Below, one piece after another: positions 17,089 to 25,515 of a stretch of 64,000 nt of DNA; position 1 is the first letter of the stretch; the number at the start of each line of letters is the position of its first letter. The position numbers and the translations under genes were made by a program. The notes below the pieces were generated by a model. It worked only from the letters and a program-made list of their open reading frames with translations, had not been told where the DNA came from and did not search any database. This stretch comes from Candidatus Magasanikbacteria bacterium RIFOXYC2_FULL_42_28 (lineage in GTDB: Bacteria > Patescibacteriota > Patescibacteriia > Magasanikbacterales > GWA2-37-8), in NCBI GenBank assembly GCA_001784435.1, contig MFQZ01000009.1, positions 11,324-75,323 of the forward strand. Direction: 5' to 3'.

Positions 17089-18462
17089 CTAAACATTATT
17101 AATGTATAATTTTTGCTTAATTAAGTCAATCTCTTGCTTTAATTTAATATCATTTTCTACCTCTCTTTTGATTTTTTCATAAGCATGCATAGCGGTAGTG
17201 TGGTCGCGTCCGCCCAATTCGTCACCAATGGTGGGAAACGAGGTTTTTAATTCTTCGCGCAACATAAACATGACAATTTGGCGCGGGTTAGACAAGCGCT
17301 TTTCCCTATTTTTACTGGTAATTTCATCAAAATTCACATTATAAAACTCACAAACAGCATCAATTACTTGGCGAGGAGCCACCGCATGGCGCATGGAACC
17401 GACAGATAGGCCGGTTAAGAGTGTTTTGATTGATTCTTCGTTTGGTTCCAGGTGTTTTAGGTCGTGGTAAGCGATAATTTTGTTAAGCGCGCCTTCTAAT
17501 TCGCGGATATTGCTTTGGATGGACAGGGCGATTAATTTAATTAATTTTTCTTCTAAAGGAAAGTTTTTTTCAATGGTTTTTTTTCCTAAAATCGCTACGC
17601 GGGTTTCAAAATCAGGCGCCGCCACATCCACGATCATCCCCCACTCAAAACGTGATTTTAAACGGTCTTCCAAGGCCGGAATGGCTTTGGGTGGTCGGTC
17701 AGAAGTTAGGATTACTTGTTTGTTGGCTTGGTGCAGTTCATTAAAAGTGTGGAAAAATGATTCTTGGGTGCCGTCTTTGCCGGCGATAAACTGGATATCG
17801 TCAATTAACAGCGCGTCGGCGGTCCGATAATGATCTTGAAAATTTTTGGCCTCGCCCCCTTTCATTGACGAAATGTAATCATTGGTGAATTTTTCCGCGC
17901 TCACATAGACAATTTGATAATGGGGATTTTTTTTGATTATTTCATTGCCGATTGCTTGGAGCAGGTGGGTTTTGCCTAAACCAACGCCACCGTAGATGAA
18001 AAGCGGGTTGTAGGCCTCGCCCGGGCGATTAGAAACAGCTTGGGCGGCCGCAAACGCGAGCTCAGTGCCACGGCCGACCACAAAATTATCAAAACTATAT
18101 TTGGGATTAAGAGTAAAGCCACCGCTAGTTGGTGTGGTTGCCGGTTTGGTTACGGTCTCGGGTGGTATTTCGGTGTTGGGGGCGGGCGCGGCGCAGGCCT
18201 CGGCAATATTTTTGATGCTATCTATTTTGTATTCTAATTTTTTAATCGGTTTTTCTGTTACTCTTTCTAATGATTTGATAATATGATGATGATATTTTTT
18301 TTCAATCCAGGCCTGGCTGAATGTGCTCGGAACGCAAACCACTACCTGGCCTTCTTGCAGGGTGGTAATGCCGGTATTTTTAAACCAAGTGTTAAAATTG
18401 GCCTTGGAAACCATTAATTCCAGTTCGGCGAGGACGGCTTGCCAGATTTCAAGGTTATTCAT
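17089..18462 (-). CDS. dnaA: Chromosomal replication initiator DnaA
   Basis: GGVGLGKTHLLQAIGNE, the Walker B/sensor regions, and a C-terminal DNA-binding domain ending in the HTH. Confidence 0.95.
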   Translation of the reverse strand: MNNLEIWQAVLAELELMVSKANFNTWFKNTGITTLQEGQVVVCVPSTFSQAWIEKKYHHHIIKSLERVTEKPIKKLEYKIDSIKNIAEACAAPAPNTEIPPETVTKPATTPTSGGFTLNPKYSFDNFVVGRGTELAFAAAQAVSNRPGEAYNPLFIYGGVGLGKTHLLQAIGNEIIKKNPHYQIVYVSAEKFTNDYISSMKGGEAKNFQDHYRTADALLIDDIQFIAGKDGTQESFFHTFNELHQANKQVILTSDRPPKAIPALEDRLKSRFEWGMIVDVAAPDFETRVAILGKKTIEKNFPLEEKLIKLIALSIQSNIRELEGALNKIIAYHDLKHLEPNEESIKTLLTGLSVGSMRHAVAPRQVIDAVCEFYNVNFDEITSKNREKRLSNPRQIVMFMLREELKTSFPTIGDELGGRDHTTAMHAYEKIKREVENDIKLKQEIDLIKQKLYINNV

Positions 18463-18570
18463 AGAAAAATCATTTATAGTGTTCGTATTTTACCATGAAA
18501 ACAAAGTTATCCACAACCACGGATAATTCCGTTTTTTGGCTTAATTGGGGATAAGTTGGGGATAAGTGTT
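18463..18570. promoter_or_regulatory. Second DnaA-box cluster upstream of dnaA (TTATCCACA at 18507-18515, TGGGGATAA x2 at 18546-18565)
   Basis: A perfect consensus box plus two variants. This is the typical dnaA autoregulatory/origin arrangement. Confidence 0.55.
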
Positions 18571-18617
18571 ATAATATCAAAATATAAATATCAAAAATCA
18601 AAATTCGACCGTTGGGC

Positions 18618-18646
18618 TTGACAAAACCACAAAAATGTGATATAAT
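18618..18646 (+). promoter_or_regulatory. sigma70 promoter (TTGACA-17-TATAAT) for rpmH-rnpA-yidD
   Basis: TTGACA at 18618-18623 and TATAAT at 18641-18646. Confidence 0.6.
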
Positions 18647-18677
18647 AAAGGGGTGATTATTAAAAATATTCAAAAAT

Positions 18678-18854
18678 ATGGTGAAACGTACATATCAGCC
18701 AAAGAAACGCAAACGTTCTAAATCCCATGGTTTTAGAAAACGTATGAAAACCAGCGCCGGTCGGGCGGTTTTGGCTCGTCGTCGTGCCAAAGGACGCAAA
18801 AAATTAACTGTTTCCGATGAAAAGAAAGGCAAATTGTTGCGTAAAAGCCGTTAA
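18678..18854 (+). CDS. rpmH: 50S ribosomal protein L34 (with a C-terminal extension)
   Basis: [45 protein letters not shown]..., 58 aa. It is not in the track because it is under 60 aa. Confidence 0.8.
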   Translation: MVKRTYQPKKRKRSKSHGFRKRMKTSAGRAVLARRRAKGRKKLTVSDEKKGKLLRKSR

Positions 18855-18934
18855 AATTACTAAAATTAGCGAAAAATCCGGTTTTATGCCGGATTTTGTT
18901 TTTGGATGGTGTTTTGTGTGGTATAATATAATAT

Positions 18935-19339
18935 ATGTTAACCGATCAATATCGTTTAAAAAAAGTGCGGGATTTTAATATGCTCATGGAGCGTGGACGC
19001 TGGGCAGGCGGGGCGCTTTTTACAGTTAAATGGCTTAAATTAGCGGACCCTGGCATCAGATTGCCAAAGGCAATCGGTGCAGGGCCAGAATTGAAAAAAT
19101 TTATAGAGCAATTGCGTTTTGCTTTTGTGGTGGGTTTGAAGGTGAGTAAAAAGGCGGTTGAGCGCAATCGCTTGAAACGTCAGATGCGGGAGGTTGTTAG
19201 ATTGATGATTAAGGATGGGCGAGTTAAAAGCGGGTTTTATGTGATGGTGGTAGCGAAGGGCGAGGCGCTGGGGAAAGAGTATGGTAAAATTGAGAAAGAA
19301 ATTGAGGGTTTATTAAAGAGGATCGGCGTGGCAAGTTAA
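18935..19339 (+). CDS. rnpA: Ribonuclease P protein component
   Basis: 134 aa, basic, located just after rpmH. The RNR-like motif KKAVERNRLKRQMRE is present. Confidence 0.75.
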   Translation: MLTDQYRLKKVRDFNMLMERGRWAGGALFTVKWLKLADPGIRLPKAIGAGPELKKFIEQLRFAFVVGLKVSKKAVERNRLKRQMREVVRLMIKDGRVKSGFYVMVVAKGEALGKEYGKIEKEIEGLLKRIGVAS

Positions 19340-19340
19340 T

Positions 19341-19452
19341 AATGTCAAATTTCCAATTTCCAATGTCAAATCAAATCCAAAGCTCAAATTACGAATTTGA
19401 CATTTTGATTTTGACATTGATTTGACATTGGAAATTTGGATTTTGAAATTAA
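19341..19452 (+). repeat. Family 2 long palindromic element
   Basis: AATGTCAAATTTCCAATTTCCAATGTCAAATCAAATCCAAAGCTCAAATTACGAATTTGACATTTTGATTTTGACATTGATTTGACATTGGAAATTTGGATTTTGAAATT. It starts 2 nt after the rnpA stop and ends 1 nt before the yidD ATG. Confidence 0.7.
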
Positions 19453-19453
19453 T

Positions 19454-19711
19454 ATGCTTGTAAAGAAAATATTGCTGATTCCGCGCGTGGTAGTTTTATT
19501 ATTTATTAGATTATATCAGAAAACAATATCTCCTGATCATGGCATTTTTAAAAATTTATTTCCACATGGGTATTGCCGGTTTTATCCTACCTGTTCTGAA
19601 TATGGTTATCAGGCGATAAAGAAAGGGGGGTTGGTGGTGGGTGGTTTAAAAACTATTTGGAGAATTTTGCGGTGTAATCCGTGGAATAAAGGCGGGGTGG
19701 ATTTGCCATAG
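19454..19711 (+). CDS. yidD: Membrane protein insertion efficiency factor YidD
   Basis: [39 protein letters not shown] is the YidD/haemolytic-domain signature. The ATG at 19454 is used because the track's start lies inside the repeat. Confidence 0.8.
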   Translation: MLVKKILLIPRVVVLLFIRLYQKTISPDHGIFKNLFPHGYCRFYPTCSEYGYQAIKKGGLVVGGLKTIWRILRCNPWNKGGVDLP

Positions 19712-19821
19712 TTATAGTTGTCAAAATATCGCTTTAATGTTAAACTGAAAACAGTTTAATTTTTATTAAAAGCCCGCCCAGACACCCCGGGCTTGCCCGA
19801 GGTCGGGCTTATTTATCGGGT

Positions 19822-21069
19822 ATGAAAACTAAATTTTTCTTAGGATCTTTGGCAATTGTTATCTCGGCATTATTATGGAGTTTAGATGGCACCTTTTTAC
19901 GACCGGGGTTATTCTCTTTGCCGTCGCCATTGTTGGTATTTTTGGAACATACATTAGGATTTGTGGTGCTCGCGCCTTTTTTATTTATTTACCGTAGCCA
20001 ACTAAAAGAAATTAATAAAAAATCATGGGCTGCGATATTTTGGGTGGCGTTATTCGGGGGGGCGCTTGGCACCACTTTTTTTACCAAGGCGTTATTTGCT
20101 ACCGGGTTCGTCGATATCTCCGTGGTAATTTTATTACAAAAATTCCAACCGATTTTCGCGATAATTTTAGCGGCGATATTTTTGCGCGAACGGTTTCCGC
20201 GTGAGTTTTATGCTTATGCCGGCTTGGCAGTTGTGGCCGGATATTTTGTTACTTTTAAAGATCCGTTTATTGTGTCCGGTATTTGGAGCGCGCCCGCCCT
20301 GGCGGCGGTATTTTCGCTTTTGGCCGCGTTCGCGTGGGGTTCATCTACGGTGTTTGGTAAATATTCTTTGAAAAATTTAAATCACGGTCTGCTCGCGGCT
20401 TTGAGGTTTGGGTTAACGGTTTTGATTATGGTTTTCCCGGCGTTGTATTTTTATGGCACGGGAGTTTCGGCAGTGGCGGGCAAACAATGGTGGACACTCA
20501 TTACGATTGTATTCAGTTCCGGCGCGGTGGCGATGTTTTTGTATTATTGGGGATTAAAAAAAGTGCCGGCATCAGTTTCAACTTTGTGTGAATTAGCGTG
20601 GCCGGTGTCGGCAATTATTTTTGATTATTTTTTGAACGACAATGTTTTATCAACCACGCAAATTTTGGGCGCGTTTGTTTTAGTACTTGCGGCCTATCGC
20701 GCGACCGCGTTAAATCAGCCGATAACTTTTACCGGTAAAGTTTTGCCCGGGCAAGGCAAAGGCGAAGAGGTGGGCGCGAAGACCGCGAATTTAGATGTCG
20801 CGCTCGCGGCTAAATTACCGCCGGGTTTGTATGATTGTGTGGTAACAACCGAAGCCAAGGCGGTTTATAGTGGGTTACTGTATTATGGATATAATTCGTT
20901 GTCACAAAAAGATTGCTTGGAAGTTCATCTGTTAAATTTTTCCGGTGATTTGAAAGGGCAAGAAATTACCGTTACCACCAAAAGGTTTTTGCGCCTACCG
21001 AAAAAATTTAATTCGTTGGATGGGTTGAAGGCGAAGGTGGAGGAGGATTTGAAAAAGACCAAAGAGTAA
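19822..21069 (+). CDS. EamA/DMT-family transporter fused to a C-terminal riboflavin kinase domain
   Basis: The N-terminal ~290 aa contain 10 TM helices in EamA-like repeats. The C-terminus GKVLPGQGKGEEVGAKTANLDV...PPGLYDCVV...CLEVHLLNFSGDLKGQEITVTTKRFLRLPKKFNSLDGLKAKVEEDL matches the riboflavin-kinase motifs G.V..G.G.G...G.PTAN, P.GVY and EVHLLDF..DLYG..I.V.F...IR.E.KF. Confidence 0.6.
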   Translation: MKTKFFLGSLAIVISALLWSLDGTFLRPGLFSLPSPLLVFLEHTLGFVVLAPFLFIYRSQLKEINKKSWAAIFWVALFGGALGTTFFTKALFATGFVDISVVILLQKFQPIFAIILAAIFLRERFPREFYAYAGLAVVAGYFVTFKDPFIVSGIWSAPALAAVFSLLAAFAWGSSTVFGKYSLKNLNHGLLAALRFGLTVLIMVFPALYFYGTGVSAVAGKQWWTLITIVFSSGAVAMFLYYWGLKKVPASVSTLCELAWPVSAIIFDYFLNDNVLSTTQILGAFVLVLAAYRATALNQPITFTGKVLPGQGKGEEVGAKTANLDVALAAKLPPGLYDCVVTTEAKAVYSGLLYYGYNSLSQKDCLEVHLLNFSGDLKGQEITVTTKRFLRLPKKFNSLDGLKAKVEEDLKKTKE

Positions 21070-21083
21070 AAACAAAATAAAAA

Positions 21084-21114
21084 TACGCCTGAATAAAATC
21101 CGGCGTATTTTTTT
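21084..21114. terminator. Bidirectional terminator hairpin (ATACGCC...GGCGTAT + T-run)
   Basis: A stem-loop between convergent genes. Confidence 0.45.
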
Positions 21115-21123
21115 ATAGAAGTA

Positions 21124-22035
21124 TTATTTACAAAACGATTCGCCGTCCGGTTTGGCACCATCGTTGACGCGGAGGTTGTATCTGGAAGTGTAAACTGTTT
21201 TTAATTCCGGCGCGAAATAATCATAGGGGCAGACGGCGGTGGTGTGGATTGTGCTCCAATTAAGTTTGGAGTCGTCGGCGTATTTATTTTTTGTCGCGGA
21301 GTTGTAGAGGCCAAAATCCCAGTTGCCAGCGACGTTTGTTCCAGTGGTGTAACCAATTAAATCTCCGGCTTTGAAATCAACCTTATTTTTTATTTGCTGG
21401 TCGCGGCTGTCGCTCGCCGGTTCAGATAGGAAAACATCTTTTATTGTTTGGATTGGGTCGGTGATATGCATCAAGCGCAATGTTACCTCACAACTGACTT
21501 GGAAATCCAATCGGTATGGGCCCTGCACGTAATACGCGCCAGTAACCAAAGTCATATCGGTGGGGGCGTAGAGAGGCACTTTGGTGTGGTCGGTTTCAAT
21601 GTAGCTGTGGGTTTTTAGTTCTGTGCCTACGAAATTTGGCGGGATGACGATGTTGATTATTTTTGAGGTATCGGTTAAATGATGGGTAAAAATCGGATTG
21701 GGATTATTGGCACAGGAATTGCCGGTAATTTTTTTGATTATTTGTGTGATTGGATTGGTTGGTGGAGTTTTGATTTCGATTGAGGCAGTGGTTTTAGTGG
21801 AGGTAGCAATTGGCGGGATGGTGATGTTGATATTTTGGATATTTTGTTTTGACGGTGTTATTTTTATTTCAGCGGTTGGTGTTTCCGTTTGTGAGGTTGT
21901 CGGGGTGGCAATTTTCGGTGTGTTTTTGGGTGGATTGACAATACTGTGGTTGTCTATGATAAAGGTTTTTACAGCTCTGATGCCGATTAGTATGGCTACG
22001 ATTAGTAAGAGCGCGATAGTTTTGGTATTTTTCAT
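21124..22035 (-). CDS. Hypothetical secreted/membrane-anchored protein with a Thr/Pro/Ile-rich linker
   Basis: 303 aa. It has an N-terminal TM, a low-complexity TPT linker, and a C-terminal globular domain ending in a cysteine (FCK). Confidence 0.35.
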   Translation of the reverse strand: MKNTKTIALLLIVAILIGIRAVKTFIIDNHSIVNPPKNTPKIATPTTSQTETPTAEIKITPSKQNIQNINITIPPIATSTKTTASIEIKTPPTNPITQIIKKITGNSCANNPNPIFTHHLTDTSKIINIVIPPNFVGTELKTHSYIETDHTKVPLYAPTDMTLVTGAYYVQGPYRLDFQVSCEVTLRLMHITDPIQTIKDVFLSEPASDSRDQQIKNKVDFKAGDLIGYTTGTNVAGNWDFGLYNSATKNKYADDSKLNWSTIHTTAVCPYDYFAPELKTVYTSRYNLRVNDGAKPDGESFCK

Positions 22036-22253
22036 AAAATTTCCACGATTTTGTTTTTAGATTTTTCTCCGGAGATTATTTTAATTCGGCTTTTTGGGGT
22101 TTGGTATTCTTTGCTTAATAATTTAATCAGCGCCTCATTGGCCGCGTTATCTACCGGCGGGGCGGTTAATTTTACTTTAATGACGCCGTCGGCCATCGGG
22201 CCGATGATTTCGTTTTTACTGGAGCGGGGGATAACTTTTATTTTTAGTTTCAT
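22032..22253 (-). CDS. DUF167/YggU-family protein
   Basis: KIKVIPRSSKNEIIG...IKVKLTAPPVDNAANEALIKLLSKEYQTPKSRIKIISGEKSKNKIV. The start is at MKLKIKV, because the track's N-terminus comes from the adjacent repeat. Confidence 0.6.
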   Translation of the reverse strand: MKLKIKVIPRSSKNEIIGPMADGVIKVKLTAPPVDNAANEALIKLLSKEYQTPKSRIKIISGEKSKNKIVEIL

Positions 22254-22262
22254 ATTTTTTCG

Positions 22263-22305
22263 TTTGTCATTTGTCATCCCGAGCGCAGCCGAGGGATCCC
22301 TTAAA
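22263..22305 (+). mobile_element. Family 1 repeat, solo half-copy (TTGTCATCCCGAGCGCAGCCGAGGGATCCCTTAAAC)
   Basis: It matches the left arm of the 22610-22712 copy. Confidence 0.5.
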
Positions 22306-22591
22306 CCCATTCTGCGCTTAAATCTTTCCAATGCGGATTGATTTGTTTAATTAAAAATTCTTTTTTGTCTCGACGCCAACTCTTTAACTGTTTCTCTCGG
22401 GTTATCGCCGTGTTGATATCTTGATAGTGTTCATAAAAAACTAGTCTGCCAACATCATATTTTTTTGTAAATCCTTCAACTAATTTTTGTTTATGTTCAG
22501 AAAGTCGTTTTTCTAAATTATTTGTAACGCCGGTGTATAGCGTGCCACTATCACTTGCCAATATGTAAACATAATAATTGTGCTGTTTCAT
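22301..22591 (-). CDS. GIY-YIG nuclease-domain protein (UPF0213-like)
   Basis: YYVYILASDSGTLYTGVTNNLEKRLSEHK is the GIY-YIG core. The start is taken at MKQHNYYVYIL. Confidence 0.65.
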   Translation of the reverse strand: MKQHNYYVYILASDSGTLYTGVTNNLEKRLSEHKQKLVEGFTKKYDVGRLVFYEHYQDINTAITREKQLKSWRRDKKEFLIKQINPHWKDLSAEWV

Positions 22592-22609
22592 AGATTTGTA
22601 AATGTGATC

Positions 22610-22712
22610 GTCGTTTGTCATTCCGAGCGTAGCCGAGGAATCCCTTAAACTTATTATTGTACAAATACTATCTGTAAGGGATCCCTCCGCTCGCTAAGGC
22701 TCGGTCGGGATG
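22610..22712 (+). mobile_element. Family 1 repeat (variant subtype with both arms)
   Basis: TTGTCATTCCGAGCGTAGCCGAGGAATCCCTTAAAC...TAAGGGATCCCTCCGCTCGCTAAGGCTCGGTCGGGATGACAAG. Confidence 0.6.
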
Positions 22713-22720
22713 ACAAGCGA

Positions 22721-23554
22721 TTAACCCCGTATTTTTTTCAAAATTGCCAGATCTTTTTCAACTTTATCATGATCAGTTTCTAAATAGAAATTAATATTTT
22801 GTAATCGTTTGTCAGTTAATAATGCTTGAAATCCCTTCAATCCAATTAGGCCGTCACCGATATGTTCGTGGCGATCTTTTTTCGCGCCGAGTTCTACTTT
22901 AGAATCATTGCAGTGCGCCATTTTTAATTTATCAAGACCGATTATTTTATCAAATTTTTTGAGAGTGGTGTCAACTGTTTCGGGTGTGCGGCAATCATAA
23001 CCGGAGGCAAACGCGTGTTCGGTATCGTAACACACACCGATGTCATATTTTTTTAATTTAGGGTGATAAATAATTTCCGCGATTTCTTCAAAAGTGTCGC
23101 CGATAATTTCGCCGGCGCCGGCGGCAATTTCAATTAAAAATTGCGTTTCGCCTTTGTATCCTTTTAACATTTCCGCCAAGTCCTGTGCCACTTGCGCCAA
23201 TCCCAAATCGTGTCCCAAATCTTTGTAACTGCCGAGGTGCGCCATTAAATATTTGGCGCCCAGAAGCGACGCCCGTTCCAATTCTTCGCGCACAATTTTA
23301 ATAGAGCCAAATCTAATGCGATTATTAGCAGAGGCAAAATTGATAATATACGGCGCGTGCACCGCCCATTCTTTTTGATTAAATGCTTTACACCGATCTT
23401 GAAATTCTTTACCAATACTCTCAGTTATTGGTGGGGTAAATCCGCCCTGAGGCGAGCGTGTAAACATTTGAAAAACTTCGCAACCTAAATTAGCCGCGTT
23501 TTGCGGGGCGTTGGTAATCGCGCCGGCAATGGAAACGTGTGCGCCAAAAAGCAT
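22721..23554 (-). CDS. nfo: Endonuclease IV (AP endonuclease family 2)
   Basis: 277 aa xylose-isomerase-like TIM barrel. AVHAPYIINFAS, metal-binding His/Asp/Glu are spaced as in Nfo, and HCNDSK is present. Confidence 0.8.
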   Translation of the reverse strand: MLFGAHVSIAGAITNAPQNAANLGCEVFQMFTRSPQGGFTPPITESIGKEFQDRCKAFNQKEWAVHAPYIINFASANNRIRFGSIKIVREELERASLLGAKYLMAHLGSYKDLGHDLGLAQVAQDLAEMLKGYKGETQFLIEIAAGAGEIIGDTFEEIAEIIYHPKLKKYDIGVCYDTEHAFASGYDCRTPETVDTTLKKFDKIIGLDKLKMAHCNDSKVELGAKKDRHEHIGDGLIGLKGFQALLTDKRLQNINFYLETDHDKVEKDLAILKKIRG

Positions 23555-23575
23555 ATGGTTGTTACTTGGGGTACT

Positions 23576-24310
23576 TTACAACTTTTCCCAAATTAATTCA
23601 AATATAATTTTAAAAGTGTTGGCTAAATGATGGCTTGTGATCACAGTACCAAAAATAGGTTGTTCCAAAGTGAGTAGCGCGATGTTGTTGTCCCAAATCA
23701 ATATATCAGTTGGCTGGTCGCGGTATTTTTCCGGCAGAAATTTAAAATTATACATACCGCCAATTATTTTTTTGGTCTCTTCGGTGGCGCGCTGCCGGGA
23801 TGCGCCGGTTACTATATCAATTAGAGCGATATTATTTTCTTTTACTTTTTGTTCAAAATATATCAAAAAATCGCCTTCCAATTTTGATAATAAATTTGTG
23901 GACCCAAAGGCGTAAATTTTTTTGTCATTAGTCGTCAGAGATGATAAATAAATTTCTTTAACTTGTTCCCAGCCGTCAAAAAACAATACCCGTGGTTTAT
24001 TTTTGTTGGTGGTGTATAAAGCACGCAAGTCCGGGAGCATTTTTTCCAGATCAATTTTTTGTTTTTCCCAGTTTAAGATTAGCGCCTGCGGGTCGGCCGC
24101 CAAATAAACCTTGCGTTTACGAACTAATTCCGATTTCACCAGTCCGCGATTTTGCAAAGAGCGCAATACATTATAGGCGTTGGTGCGAGCGATACCAGTG
24201 CCAAGCGCGATTTGGGGCGGGGTTGATTGGCCTTGCCCAAGCAGATATAAGTAAATGTCAGCTTCATTATCGTTTAAGTCGGCGTTTTTTAGTTGGGTTT
24301 TTAGGTCCAT
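23576..24310 (-). CDS. TrmB-family HTH transcriptional regulator
   Basis: The N-terminal EADIYLYLLGQGQSTPPQIALGTGIARTNAYNVLRSLQNRGLV is TrmB-type wHTH. It is divergent from the ABC transporter operon. Confidence 0.55.
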   Translation of the reverse strand: MDLKTQLKNADLNDNEADIYLYLLGQGQSTPPQIALGTGIARTNAYNVLRSLQNRGLVKSELVRKRKVYLAADPQALILNWEKQKIDLEKMLPDLRALYTTNKNKPRVLFFDGWEQVKEIYLSSLTTNDKKIYAFGSTNLLSKLEGDFLIYFEQKVKENNIALIDIVTGASRQRATEETKKIIGGMYNFKFLPEKYRDQPTDILIWDNNIALLTLEQPIFGTVITSHHLANTFKIIFELIWEKL

Positions 24311-24428
24311 ATTAGATAATTGTCAATTTTATTTATATCATATTTTATCTATATTGTCAAATAAAAATTACTTTGTAAGTTAAAAAGGTATAGATAATAT
24401 TGACAAATGCTGGTTTTTATGTTATAAT
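24311..24428 (+). promoter_or_regulatory. Divergent control region: three AGATAAT(A)TTGACAA-like operator repeats and a consensus promoter TTGACA-17-TATAAT (24400-24428)
   Basis: AGATAATTGTCAAT (24313), CTATATTGTCAAAT (24349) and AGATAATATTGACAAAT (24392). TTGACA is at 24400-24405 and TATAAT at 24423-24428. Confidence 0.45.
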
Positions 24429-24512
24429 TTAATGTTTAAAACTATTTTTTAATTAATTTCTCGCTATTAATGGTCATTTAATTTGGCCGTGGCGGGAGGA
24501 AAGACAAAATAT

Positions 24513-25514
24513 ATGAGTAAGAAATTAATAGCGGTAGCGGTATTGGTAGCGGTAGCGATATTTGGCGGGTGGAGGTTATTGGGCGGCAATAAGCAGTCCA
24601 ATTCGCCGATCACCTCGTTGCCCAAGGTGAAAATCGCGATGGTAACTTTTCCCGGCTATGGCCCGCTTTATGTGGCCGAGGAAAAAGGTTTTTTTGGCGA
24701 TTTAGATGTTGAGTTGGTGCGGATAGAATCCATTGGTGATATTCGCGCGGCCATGCGCAGTGGTGCAGTTAATATGTACGCGGCCACTTATGACATTTTC
24801 CAATCAACCAAAGGGGTCGCCCCGGAAGGAATAGGTTTTGTGGTGATTGATGAGTCGCACGGCGCTGATGGCGTGGCCGTGGCCGGTGGAATTAATTCAG
24901 TCGCGGATTTGCGCGGTAAAAAAGTTGCCGCCGAACCCGGATTCCCGCCGTATTTAGTGTTGCAGTATTTACTAAATAAAGAAGGGATGACTTTGGCTGA
25001 TTTGGATTTTCAAGATATGCCGACGGTTGATGCCGGCAACGCGTTTGCGGCCGGGAAATTATCAGCTGCCGGTATTTATGAACCGGCCTTGTCTGCGAGT
25101 GTGGCAGCACATTCGGGCGCTAAGGTATTGGCGAGTAGCGCTGATGTTCCCGGTTTAATTCAGGATTTGCTTTTTGCCGATGAAAAGTTTACCAAAGAAA
25201 ATCCTCAGGTCTTAGAAAAGGTGGCTGACGGTTATTTTAAAGCGCTTGATTATATTAACACCAACCATGATGACGCGTATCAGATAATGGCGAAGGCCTT
25301 TGGGGTGAGCGTGCCGGAAATGGAAGATTTCAAAACCGGCGTTAGCTGGGTAAGCAAAGAAGAAAACAAAAAATTATTCAACCAAGCAAGCGATGTTAAT
25401 GTTTTTAAGACATACGACATTGTTTGTGAATTGTTGAAGAAAAATGGCGATGCCGATGTCTGTTTGCCGGCCGCGGCAAAATTAACAGAGGAAATTATTA
25501 ATAATATCAAGTAA
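24513..25514 (+). CDS. ABC transporter substrate-binding protein, NMT1/SsuA/ThiY-like
   Basis: A signal/TM segment is followed by KIAMVTFPGYGPLYVAEEKGFF. The ATG at 24513 follows GGAGG, whereas the track uses an upstream TTG. Confidence 0.65.
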   Translation: MSKKLIAVAVLVAVAIFGGWRLLGGNKQSNSPITSLPKVKIAMVTFPGYGPLYVAEEKGFFGDLDVELVRIESIGDIRAAMRSGAVNMYAATYDIFQSTKGVAPEGIGFVVIDESHGADGVAVAGGINSVADLRGKKVAAEPGFPPYLVLQYLLNKEGMTLADLDFQDMPTVDAGNAFAAGKLSAAGIYEPALSASVAAHSGAKVLASSADVPGLIQDLLFADEKFTKENPQVLEKVADGYFKALDYINTNHDDAYQIMAKAFGVSVPEMEDFKTGVSWVSKEENKKLFNQASDVNVFKTYDIVCELLKKNGDADVCLPAAAKLTEEIINNIK

Positions 25515-25515
25515 T

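Noticed and set aside
18678-18854. rpmH being a frameshifted or mis-called gene because of its 58-aa length
   Set aside because: The N-terminal 45 aa align cleanly with L34. The extra Lys/Arg-rich tail is a plausible lineage-specific extension, and the stop is unambiguous.
19712-19821. FMN riboswitch upstream of the transporter-riboflavin kinase fusion
   Set aside because: The region is only ~110 nt and shows two simple hairpins (AAGCCCG...CGGGCTT, GCCCGAGGTCGGGC). It is far shorter than an FMN aptamer and lacks its conserved blocks. It probably contains the yidD terminator.
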